Assembly: GCF_964213995.1 (NCBI RefSeq)
Contig: NC_135823.1
Location: forward strand, 558,001-622,000
Reading direction: 5' to 3'
DNA: 64,000 bases
Source of the DNA: Mustelus asterias
Taxonomy: Eukaryota
The notes under the pieces were generated by a model. That model had not been told where the DNA came from and searched no databases. It saw only the letters and a list, made by a program, of their open reading frames with translations. The translations under genes and the position numbers were made by a program. This document shows positions 38,031-50,700 of the stretch, in pieces. Every line of letters starts with the position of its first letter. The stretch's first letter is position 1.

Positions 38031-38524
38031 AAATCTTCTTCACAGCTATTGTAAACTCATATACTTTTATATGTGTCTACAAGACTTTGCATAATGTTCA
38101 TTACAACATAGCACAGACGAGGTTTGCATAACCTTCAGAATAGAAGATTTAAGAGTGATCATATTGAAATGTGTTAGACGATTACACAATTTTCTTGGGC
38201 AGGGATAGATAAAGGATGTCTTCTCTTCGCATGGGGGAAGTCCCGACAAGGAGGCAGAGAAGTAAAATGACAGACAGAATGTTCAGAGGTGAACTCGGGA
38301 AGTTCTTCTTTACAATAAGAGGAGTGGAATTCTGGAACAGTCGCGACCAAAAAGTCGTAGAGAGCAGTGATCAATTGGAACTATCAAAACTGAGAAGGAT
38401 AGATTATTGTCAGGGAGTGAATGAAGAATTCTAGAAACATGGCGGGGGGTGTGGGGGGTGGGGGGGAGGGGGGGAGGGGAGGGTGTTTGTAAGTAAGCTG
38501 CCTATCAGCATGATCTGGATTGGA

Positions 38525-39200
38525 TGGCACGGTGGCACAGTGGTTAACACTACTGCCTCACAATTCCAGGGACCCGGGTTCAACTGTGGCTTTGGGTGAC
38601 TGTCTGTCTGGAGTTTGCATATTCTCCCCGTGTCTGCGTGGGATTCCTCCAGGTGCTCTAGTATCCTGTCACAGTCCGAAGATGTGCAGGTTAATGGATT
38701 GGCCATGCCAAGTTGTCCTTTGGTGTCCAAAGATCCCGGGATAGGCCATGCTACATAAACACTTAGTGTCCAAAGATATGCAGATAATGTGGATTGGCAA
38801 TGCTAAATTGCCCCTTAGTGTCCAAGGATGTGTAGCTTAAATGGATTGGCCATGCCAAATTTGCCCATACTATCCAAAGATGCGGGGATTGACCATGTTA
38901 AATTACTCCTTAGTGCCCAAAGATATGAAGGTTAGATGGATTGGCCACGTTAAATTTCCCCTTACTGTCCGAATGTTTGCAAATTAGCTGGATTAGCCAG
39001 GCTAAATTCACTCTTAGAGTCCAAAGATTTATGCGTTAAATGAATTAGACATGCTAAATTGCCCCTGAGTGTCCAAACATGTGTAGGTTAGATGGATTAG
39101 CCATGGTAAACACACGGGTTAATGGGCATACGGTAGAGAGAGGATCTGGGTCAGATTCTCTTTCAGGGGTTCCATGGTTGTCTGGGTTCAATGACCTCAC
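38525..39200 (+). mobile_element. HE1 SINE with about 8 tandem ~60-bp units
   Basis: Repeated GTGTCCAAAGATGTG..GGATTGGCCATGCTAAATT between about 38690 and 39110. Confidence 0.9.
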
Positions 39201-39235
39201 CTCTCCCTATATTAGTGGTGCTGATTACATTACAG

Positions 39236-39298
39236 ATTACTTTGCACCCACAGGCACGTTATGCTCACCTGGCGTTCAAACAGGATTCAACATTCTAA
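39236..39298 (+). pseudogene. Gene B candidate terminal exon with YAHL motif
   Basis: Phase-0 acceptors at 39235 or 39253; ITLHPQARYAHLAFKQDSTF*, comparable to LYASLDL in gene A. Confidence 0.45.
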
Positions 39299-41269
39299 CT
39301 GGAGAGGAAAGAGAGAGTGCTCGCCTTGTGATTCCTGGATATCGAGTGTTGTAGAAACTTTGGCACTTGTTGCATGCGAAGTTTGAACATATGAACGTTC
39401 AACTGCAGGCGGATTTACCGTTGAATTTCTACGCTGGCCTACAAAGTGGTAACTGAATTTTCTCCGAATGCTAATTATTCTACAATTAAATATCACTTGC
39501 GGTTCAAATTGAGTCTTTCCACGTTTCTAATTTACGAATCGGCGTCGACAATTCCATGCTGCATTTTATACAGCACGTGAGGCAAAGCACAATGCAATCT
39601 ATTGAAACGGGGTTTGAAAAGCCGTGTGATTCCAGTTTCCCCAGGGGTTCAGACCGAATGTGTTTCGGGTGGCTCTCTAGCTCATTAAGCAAACCATTTT
39701 TGGAGTGAATGCGTCTGCTTTCGCAGTCGGGTTAAAGACTGCCAAGGCACCTTTGCAACTTGCGGGGAATTTCAGCTGCATGAATATGAAATCTTCAGTG
39801 TTGTAAGCATCCCAAGCCTTAACAGGTTGTATCCTGGTACTGGACACAGATATATTTAGTCTTGAAAAAACATTATCTGCAATCCATATTCCCGTCTGTT
39901 AACACGGTTAAGTGGATTTTATCCAGACGAATCATCGAACTGTGGCCATTTACATCGCAGAAAGAGGCCATTCTGCCCGTCACACAGGTGCCAACTGGAT
40001 GAATCTGCTCTCTGGTTGCACATCCTCGCTATCTCCCAAAGTCCCTGAAAATTACTCCTCTTTTAACACACCACCCTATTAATCCGTTTTATTCCCAGGA
40101 AATATTAATATCTGCACTGTTGGCAGAATAAGCCAGTGGCTTTTACTGAAAAGGCTTTGTAGGCGAAGTCTTTCATTCAAAATCGCGAACAGAATGTGGG
40201 CGGCACGGTCGCACAATGTTTGGCACTGCTGCCTCACAGCGCCAGGGACCCTAATTCGATTCCGGCTTTGGTCACTGTATGTGTGGCGTTTGCACGTTAT
40301 TCCCCCGAACTGCGTGAGTTTTCTTCCTCCCACAGTTGACAGGCGTGCTGCATTGACCCAAACAGCCGCCAGAGTGTGGCGACTAGGGAAATTCACAGCA
40401 ATTTATTTGCAGTGTTAATGTCAGCCTTACTTGTTGCTAATAACTAAATAAAATAAATAAAGAATTCTTTACTAACATTAGAAGTTCAGTCAAACGAAGG
40501 AGCAAATTTGAAACGCTGTTTCGCTGAGATGACGCATTTAATATCAGTAATATTAGGACTTATGTCTGGAAACCGCTGTGGTGATGATTACACGATAATG
40601 GAGCCGGTTGTTAAACTCTGGCCAATCAAGATTCTCGTGTGATTCCCATTATTAATGCATGGATTTTTTCCTAAAATTGAACATAGGCGTGTTCGGCTCA
40701 AACAAAAACATTCCACATGGAAATTGTGTGGATCATTTGGAGGCACGTGAATTTTCTTTCTGCAACAGGCAGAATGAAAATTCTGTTCTGCTTAACACCT
40801 TTCATGCACCCCATACGGCTTAGCCCTCACCATCCATCAGGACAATCATTGTTCCAACGATTATTTCTCGATTTTACCTCAGAACACCTCCAAATTACGG
40901 AGAATTTAGCATGGCTGAAGCACCTAAATAGCCCGTCCCTCGGACTGTGCGAGGAAACCGGTGCAGCCGAAGGAAACCCATGCAGACACGGGGGAGAACG
41001 TGCAGACTGCACACAAACAGTCACCCAAGCCAGGAATCGAACTCAATTCCCTGGCTGTGAGGCAGCAGTGCTAACCACAGTGTCATTATTTTGTCTGTGG
41101 CAGTAAAAACACGCCCACTCTACATTTGAAAGACTCTGTGTTCAAGCCACTCGAATTATTAGTTCTATTGTCCAAATTCAAACCTCTATTGTGTCAGAAA
41201 AATCATGTATAAAAACATGACCTCTGATGTAGGGTCATTCAGATTCGAAACGTTGCCTCTGTTCTCTCT

Positions 41270-44200
41270 GAGGCAGAGGATGGTTGGAAACGGTTGCTTT
41301 TCAAACTGCAGGCCTGTGACCAGTGGTGTGACTCAGGGATCAGTGCTGCGTCCACTGTTATTTGTCATTTATATTAATGATTTGGATGAGAATTTAGAAG
41401 GCATGGATAGTAAGTTTGCAAATGACACCAAGGTTGGTGGCCAGTGGACAGTGAAGAATGTTAACTAGGGTTGCAACGGGATCTTGATCAATTGGGCCAG
41501 TGGGCTGAGGAATGGCAGATGGAGTTTAATTTAGACAAATGGGAGATGATGCATTTTGGTAGATCAAACCAGGGCAGGAGCTGCTCAGTTAATAGCAGGG
41601 TGTTGGGGAGAGTTAGAGAGTAAAAAGGTCTACAGGTCATTAGCTCCTTGAAAGTGGAGTCACGGGTGGACAGAGTGGTGAAGAAGGCATTTGGCATGCT
41701 TGGTTTCATTGGTCAGAACATTGAATACAGGAGTTGGGACATCTTGTTGAAGTTGTACAAGACATTGGTAAGGCCACACTTGGAATAAATTTCTGGTCTC
41801 CCTGTTATAGAAAGGATATTATTAAATCAGAGGGGGGGGCAGAGAAAATCACTAGGATGCGACTGGGACTTGATGGTTTAATTTATAAGGAGAGGCTGGA
41901 TAGACTGGCATGTTTTTCTCTGTAGCGTAGGAGGCTTAGGAGTGATCATATGAAGGTCTATAAAATAATGAGGGGCACAGATCAGCTAGATCGTCAACAT
42001 TTTTCCCAAAGCTAGGGGTGCCTAAACATTGAGGGCATAGGTTTAAGGTGAGAGTGGAGAGATACAAAATGGTGCAGAGGGGATTTGTATCACACAGAGG
42101 ATGGTGAGTATCTGGAATAAGTTGCAAGAAGTAGTAGTAGAGGCGGGTAGAATTTTGTTTTAAAAATGCATTTAGACAGTGACATGGGTAAGATGGGTCC
42201 AGAGGGATACAGGCCAAATGTGGGCAACTGGGACTAGCTTACTGGTTAAAAAGGGGTGGCATGGACAAATTGGGCCGAAGGGCTTTTTTCCATGCTGTAA
42301 ACCTCTATGACTCTCCACAAAAGCTGTGAGATCTGATGAAATTTTGCAACATTTTCGGTTTTTGTTCCACCCCCACTCCCGTCTTTCCAGGACTGGGTGG
42401 CCTGATTAATAGGGAGCGGGTGGCCAGGTTACTGTTTTATTGCTCAGAAACGTAGGAAAATGTGGAAGCGATCTGATTGAGGTTTATAAAATTATAAGGT
42501 GAATAGATAAGATGAAAGGACATGGTCTTTTTCCCAGGGCAGGGAAATTGATGAGCAGAGGGCATAGGTTTAAGGTAAGGGGGGGCGGGGGGGGGGGCGG
42601 TGTGAACGTGGCGGGGGTGGGGGGGCGGTGAGGGGGGGGGGGCTGATATTTAAAAATAGACCAGAATGGAAACTTGTTCACAAAGAGTGTGGTGCGTATA
42701 TGGAATGAACTGCCAGAGAAAGTGTTTGAGGCAGGTTCAATAGCAACATTTAAAAATCATTTGGATAAGTACATGGATGAGGAAGCATGTGAGGGATCTT
42801 GGACAAATGTGGGCAGTCGGGACTGTCTGTGATGGCAAAATGGTTAGCTTGGACGTTTGACAAAGTCCCTCATGGTAGGCTGGTGAAAAAGGTTGGATCT
42901 CATGGGATAAAGGGGGTGGTGGCTAGATGGGTGGAGAACTGGCTTGGTCACAGAAGACAGAGGGTGGTAGTGGAAGGGTCTTTTGCCAGCTGGAGGCCTG
43001 TGACTAGTGGTGTTCCGCAGGGCTCTCTGTTGGGATCTCTGCTGTTTGTGATTTATATAAACGATCTGGAAGAAGGTGTAACTGGGGTGATCAGTAAGTT
43101 TGCGGACGACACAAAATTGGCAGGACTTGCAGATAGTGAGGAGCGTTGTCAGAAGCTACAGAAGGATATAGATAGGCTGGAAATTTGGGCAAAGAAATGG
43201 CAGATGGAGTTCAATCCTGGTGAATGCGAAGTGATGCATTTTGGTAGAAATAATGTGGGGAGGAGCTATACGATAAATGGCATAACCATAAAGTGTGTAG
43301 ATACGCAGAGGGACCTGGGTGTGCAAGTCCACAGATCCTTGAAGGTGACGTCACAGTTGGAGAAGGTCGTGAAGAAGGCATATGGCATGCTTGCCTTTAT
43401 AGGACGGGGCATAGAGTATAAAAGTTGGGGTCTGATGTTGCAGATGTATATAACGTTGGTTCGGCCGCATTTGGAATACTGCATCCAGTTCTGGTCGCCA
43501 CACTACCAGAAGGACGTGGAGGCTTTGGAGAGAGCACAGAGGAAGTTTACCAGGATGTTGCCTGGTATGGAGGGGCTTAGTTATGAGGAGAGATAGGGTG
43601 AACTGGGGCTGTTCTCCCTGGAAAGACAGAGGATGAGGGGAGACTTGATAGAGGTGTGTAAAATTATGAAAGGCATAGATAGGGTGAACGGTGGGAAGCA
43701 TTTCCCCAGGTCGGTGGTGACGTTCACGAGGGGTCATAAGTTCAAGGTGAAAGGGGGGAGGTTTAACACAGATATCAGAAGGACGTATTTTACACAGAGG
43801 GTGGTGGGGGTCTGGAATGCGCTGCCAGGTAAGGTGGTGGAGGCGGACACACTGGGAACGTTTAAGAGTTATCTAGATAGCCATATGAACGGAGTGGGAA
43901 TGGAGGGATACAAAAGAATGGTCTAGTTTGGACCAGGGAGCGGCACGGGCTTGGAGGGCCGAAGGGCCTGTTCCTGTGCTGTATTGTTCTTTGTTCTTTG
44001 TCACATGCTTTCGCATACAGTGAAAAATGTTGCTTCTTGCGCGCTATACAGGCAAAGCATACCATTCATAGAGTACATAGATTTGATTTATTATTGTCAC
44101 ATGTATTGGGAAACAGTGAAAATTATTGTTTCTTGCGCTCTATACAGAAAAGGCATACCGTTCATAGAGAAGGAAAGGAGAGAGTGGAGAATGTAGTGTT

Positions 44201-45365
44201 ACAGTCATAGCTAGGGCATAGAGAAAGGTCAACTTAGTGCGAGGTAGGTCCATTCAAAAGTCTGATGGCAGCAGGGAAGAAGCTGTTCTTGAGTCGGTTG
44301 GTAGGTGACCTGATACTTTTGTATCTTTTTCCCGACCGAAGAAGGTGGAAGAGAGTAAGTCCGGAATCCGTCGGGTCCTTAGTTACGCTGGTTGCTTTTC
44401 TGAGAGAGCGGGAATTGCAGACAGAGTCAATGGATGGGAGGCTGGTTTGAGTGATGGGACTGGACCAGTTCTTGTGGTCTTGGAGAAAGCAGGAGACATA
44501 CCAAGCCTATTCACTTTGGCAGGTTGTTCTTGCTCGCGAGAGAGTGCAGCGAATGTTTATCAGGCTCATTCCGAGAATGGCGGGACTGAAGTATGAGGAG
44601 AGATTGACGAGGTTAGGATTGTTTTTGCTGGTGTTCAGACGAAAGAGGGGGGATTTCACAAAGACTTATTAAAACTCTAACAGGGCAAGATGCAGGGAGG
44701 ATGTTCCCGATGGTGGGGGGCGTCCAGAACCAGGAGTCACAGTCTGAGATTTCGGGGTAGACCATGTAGGACGGAGATGAGGAGACATTTCTTCACCCAA
44801 AGAGTGGTTACCCTTTGGAATTCATTACCACAGGAAGTAGTTTGTGCCAAAACATTGAATGTATTTAAGAGGCGGCCAGATATAGCGCCAAGGGGCGAAA
44901 GTTAGGGGGAGAAAGGAGGTTTAGGCTATTGGGCTGGACAATCAGTCATGATCGTAATGAGTGGTGCAGCAGGCTCGAAGGGCCAAATGACCTCCTTCTG
45001 CTGCTACCTTCTATGTTTCTATGTAAAAAAAGAACCAGCACAATCAAGGACCCCACCCACCCTTGACATTCTCTTTTCCAACTTCTTCCTTCGGGAAAAA
45101 ATATACATAAGTCTGAGGTCACGTACCAACCGACCAAAAAGCAGTTTCGTCCCTGCTGCCATCAGACATGAGAATTGACCTGCCTCATATTAAGTTGATC
45201 TTTCTCTGCACCCGAGCTATGACTGTAACACTATCATTTGCACCCTCTTCTTTCATTCTCCATACACGGTATGCTTTGTCTGTACACTGGGCAAGAAACA
45301 ATACTTTTCAATGCACACAGATACATGTGGCAATAACAAGTCAAATCAAATCAAATCAAATCAAA
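41270..45365. mobile_element. LINE pile-up: CR1 about 41270-42312(+), 42470-42850(+), 42855-44000(+, young), 44540-45025(+); Rex tails about 44000-44470(-), 45030-45365(+)
   Basis: RT motifs (FDKVPH, GVPQGS, KFADD) and family-specific tails. Confidence 0.9.
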
Positions 45366-47720
45366 ACATTTTTTCATACAGCGCAGGGTTGAATTCTGGT
45401 CACTCAAAAGTTATACAGAGCATTGGGCAATTGTAACTCTCAAAATGAGACGGATGAATTTATGTTCGGGAGTGGATTAAGGATTATTCAATGTCGGTGT
45501 GTGTGTGTGTGAGTTGAGCAACCTGTCAGCCATGAACCGACTGAATAGAGTAGAGGGGTTAAATGGCCTCACCTATCCTAATAATAATGGTGTGGATTAC
45601 ACGAACAGATCACTTTTCATCCACAGACGCTGTGGGACACGACTGGCCTTTAACGAGGATCCAACAATCTAACTCGACAGGAAGGAGAGATAAATCACTG
45701 TGTGTTTCCTGGATGTCGAGTGTTGTCGAAATATTCTTCTTGTTGCACGGGAAATTCCGAAAGTGCAGCCGGTGCAAATTCAGGCGGATTGGCGGCTCAA
45801 TATTATGATGGCGCGCAAAGCGGAAAATAATTTTTTAAATTCATGTCCGCCATTCAATGACGGAATATCGCCTGCAGTACAATTTCACCTCTTCGTGCTT
45901 CTAATTTCTCATATCGGTTTTTAAAATTCTATTCTGCATTTTCTACCGTAATTGTGCAAGGAATAATTGAAAACGTATCTTTTCCGGAGTTACCTAAATA
46001 TTGAAACAGGTTTTGAATACCAAATGTAAACTGTGTGATTCCGGTTTTTATAAGAGTTGAGACTAAATATGTTTCCAGTGGCTCTTCAGCTAATTTACAG
46101 AGACATTTATCGGGTGAGTGTGTGTATGTTGGAAATAGGATTAAGGACCGACAAGGCATGTTAGCAACTGGTTTGGGATTTCGGCTGCATGAATATGTAA
46201 TCTGCAAGGTTAAATGTGCCCCGAGCCTTAACTGGATGTACCCTGGTATTGGACGCTGGAATATTTAATCCTGAAAGAACATTATCTGCAATCCATATTC
46301 CCGTCTGATAATGCAGGTAAATGGATTTTATAGACTCGAAGCTTAGCGCTGTGGCAATTACCAGCGCAGAAGGAGACCATTCTGCCCGTCAAGCCAGTGA
46401 CATTTGTTTGAACCGGCAATTTAGCCTAAACTCTCGGCTTTTTTCCCAATGCCCTTGAGAATTATTCCTCTTTCACCACACCACCCTTTTAATGGTGATT
46501 TTTTCCTTAATTCTTAGTGAATGTTCGCACCTGGGTGCCGAGGCGATCGCCGAGTTGTGTAATCGCTAGATTTATAATCCAGAAAGTTAGCTAATGGGGA
46601 CCAGGGTTCGTATCCCACCACGGCAGATGGTGAAATTTGGATTAAATAAAAGAAAAACCTGTAATTCAGAATCTACTGATGACCATTGGTGATTGTCCAA
46701 AAATAATACCTGGTTCACTAATATCCATCTGCCTCCTTACCCGGTCTGGCCGACATGTGACTTCAGACCGACAGCAATGTGGTTGATTATCAACTGTCCT
46801 CCAATGGCACCGAGGGATGGGCGATAAATGCTGGCCAGCTAACGATACTCATGTCCCACGAATGAATAAATAAAATCCATGCAGCTGGAAGCATAACCCA
46901 TTGGCTTTAACTGCAAGAGGTTTGCTGGCGAACTTTGCAAACGTCAATTCTTCAGTAACGTTAGAAGATGAGGCAAATGAGTGAGTAAATTTCAGATGAT
47001 TTTTCACTGACACGGTACAACAGAGAACACAGAACAGTACAGCACAGAACAGGCCCTTCGGCTCACGATGTTGTGCCGAGCTTTATCTGAAACCAAGATC
47101 AAGCTATCCCACTCCCTATCATCCTGCTGAGTGAGTAAATTTCAGATGATTTTTCACGGAGGTGGTGCGACTTTTTTCCTTAATATTTTTTTAACATCAT
47201 AACTATTATGAATCTGGAATGGTGTGTGATAATTTTTGAATGCATGGCTAGTTGTTAGTTTCTGAAGTAATATAGAATCTTGGACAATTCCTGATGCAAA
47301 TGCGTCGATGCATGTTCAAATTAACAACGCTTTACACTGGTCCAATAAACAATTCTGCACCGAATTTGCAAAGAGTTTGTGGAGCCATTTGCTACATTAC
47401 ACAGAATCATAGAATCATAGAGTGCAGAAGAGGCTCTTCGGCCCAGAGAGTCTGCACCGTGACCTGAACTCCCAATAATCAGGTCTACCAGCAGGTGCCC
47501 CATAGTCTTGGATGTTATGACGTCCCAATTGCTTATGCGGATACTTCTTAAAGGATTTGAGGCAACACACATCTACTACCCTCTCAGCCAGCGCATTCCA
47601 GACCGTCAGCATCTTCTGGGTAAAGTATTTTTAATAACATCCCCCCTCAACCTTCTGCCGCTTCCCTTGAACCTATGTCCCCTCGTGACTCAGCTTCAAC
47701 GAAGGGGAACGGCTGCTCCT

Positions 47721-50700
47721 TATAGAAGAGTACAGCACAGAACAGGCCCTTCGGCCCACGATGTTGTGCAGAGCTTTATCTGAAACCAAGATCAAGCTAT
47801 CCCACTCCCTATCATCCTGGTGTGCTCCATGTGACTATCCAATAACCGCTTAAATGTTCCTAAAGTGTCTGACTCCACTATCACTGCAGGCAGTCCATTC
47901 CACACCCCAACCACTCTCTGCGTAAATAACCTACCTCTGATATCCTTCCTGTATCTCCCACCATGAACCCTATAGTTATGCCCCCTTGTAATAGTTCCAT
48001 CCACCCGAGGAAATAGTCTTTGAACGTTCACTCTAGCTATCCCCTTCATCATTTTATAAACCTCGATTAAGTCTCCCCTCAGCCTCCTCCGCTCCAGAGA
48101 GAACAGCCCGAGCTCCCTCAATCTTTCCTCATAAGACCTACCCTCCAAACCAGGCAGCATCCTGGTAGATCTCCTCTGCACTCTTTCCAGCGCTTCCACA
48201 TCCTTCTTATAGTGCGGTGACCAGAACTGCACACAATATTCCAAATGTGGTCTCACCAAGGTCCTGTACAGTTGCAGCATAACCCCACGGCTCTTAAACT
48301 CCAACCCCCTGTTAATAAAAGCTAACACACTATAGGCCTTCTTCACAGCTCTATCCACTTGAGTGGCAACCTTTAGAGATCTATGGATATGGACCCCAAG
48401 ATCTCTGTTCCTCCACAGTCTTCAGAACCCTACCTTTGACCCTGTAATCCACATTTAAATTAGTCCTACCAAAATGAATCACCTCACATTTATCAGGGTT
48501 AAACTCCATTTGCCATTTCTCAGCCCAGCTTGGCATCCTATCTATGTCTCTTTGCATCCTACAACAGCCCCCTCCACCTCATCCACTACTCCACCAATCT
48601 TGGTGTCATCAGCAAATTTACTGATCCACCCTTCAGCCCCCTCCTCTAAGTCATTAATAAAAATCACAAAGAGCAGAGGACCAAGCACTGACCCCTGTGG
48701 CACTCCGCGAGCAACCTGCCTCCAGTCCGAAAATTTTCCATCCACCCCCACCCTCTGTCTTCGATCAGATAGCTAGTTACCTATCCAATCGGCCAACTTT
48801 CCCTCTATTCCACACCTCCTCACTGTCATCATAAGCCGACCATGGGGGACTTTATCAAACGCCTTACTAAAATCCATGGATATGACATCAACTGCCCTAC
48901 CTCATCAACACACTTAGTTACCTCCTCAAAAAATTCTATCAAATTTGTGAGGCACGACTTGCCCTTCACGAATCCGTGCTGACTATCGCGGATTAATCCG
49001 CATCTTTCTAAATGGTCGTAAACCACATCTCTAAGGACCTTTTCCATCAATTTACCAACCGCCGAAGTAAGACTAACCGGTCAATAATTACGAGGGTCAT
49101 TTCTATTCCCTTTCTTAAACAGAGGAACAACATTCGCTATTTTCCAGTCCTCTGGCACCATCCCCGTGGACAGCGAGGACCCAAAGATCAAAGCCAAAGG
49201 CTCTGCAATCTCATCCCTTGCCTCCCTAAGAATCCTGGGATACATTTCATCAGGCCCAGGGGACTTATCGACCTTCAGTTGATTCAAAACTGCCAGGACA
49301 CCCTCCCTCCGAACATCTATTTTCTACAGCCTATTAGCCTGTAACACCTTCTCTTCCTCAAAAACATGGCCCCTCTCCTTGGTGAACACTGAAGAATAGT
49401 ATTCATTCATCACCTCGCCTATCTCTATTGACTCCATACACAAGTTCCCACTACTGTCCTTGACGGGCCCTAACCTCACCCTGGTCATTCTTTTATTCCT
49501 CACATAAGAGTAAAAAGCCTTGGGGTTTTCCTTGATCCGAACCGCCAAGGACTTCTCTTGTCCCCTCCGAGCTCTCCTAAGCCCCTTTTTCAGCTCATTC
49601 CTTGCTAACTTGTAACCCTCAATCGAGCTATCTGAACCTTGTTTCCTCATCCATACATAAGCATCCCTCTTCCTTTTCACACGACATTCCACCTCTTTCG
49701 TGAACCATGGTTCCCTCACTCGGCCATTTCCTCCCTGCCTGACAGGGACATACCTATCAAGGACACCCAGTATTTGTTCCTTGAAAAAGTTCCACTTTTC
49801 ATTAGTTCCTTTCTCTGACAGTTTCTGTTTCCAACTTATGCCCCCTAATTCTTGCCTAATCGCATCATAATTACCTCTCCCCCAATTGTAAACCTTGCCT
49901 TGCCGTACGGCCCTATCCCTCTCCATTGCAATAACAAAAGACACCGAATTGTGGTCACTATCTCCAAAGTGCTCTCCCACAACCAAAACTAACACTTGGC
50001 CCGGTTCATTTCCCAGTACCAAATCCAATGTGGCCTCACCTCTTGTCGGCCTATCCACATATTGTGTCAGGAAACCTTCCTGCACACACTGCACAAAAAC
50101 TGCCCCATCCGAAATATTTGACCTACAAAGGTTCCAATCAATATTTGGAAAGTTAAAGTCCCCCATGAAAACTACCCTGTGACCACCACACATATCCATA
50201 ATCTGCTTAGCAATTTCTTTCTCCACATCTCTATTACTATTTGGGGGCCTATAGTAAACTCCTAACAACGTGACCGCTCTTTTCCTATTTCTAACCTCAG
50301 CCCATATTACCTCAGTGTGCAGATCCCCCTCGAAGTGCCTTTCCGCAGCGGTTAAACTATCCTTGATTAACAATGCCACTCCTCCACCTCTTTTACCAGC
50401 TTCCCTACACTTACTGAAACATCTATACCCCGGAACGTCCAACAAGAATTCCTTTCGTTGTTCTACTCACATCTCCGTAATGGCCACAACATCGTAGTCC
50501 CAACTACCAATTCACGCGCCAAGTTCATCTACCTTGTTCCGGATGGTCCTTGCATTGAAGTAGACACACTTCAACCTACCTTCCTGTCTACCGGTACCCA
50601 CCCTTGACCCTGATACCTTCCCCAATACCTCACCACCCTCACTAACTTCTGGACTACAACTCATTTTCCCACTCCCCGACAAGTTAGTTTTAACCCCCCC

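Noticed and set aside
45929-46207. Minus-strand ORF with a vaguely cytokine-like segment (DKCLCKLAEEPLETYL)
   Set aside because: The paralogous copy at about 39620-39700 has several stops in the aligned frame, so there is no coding-type conservation.
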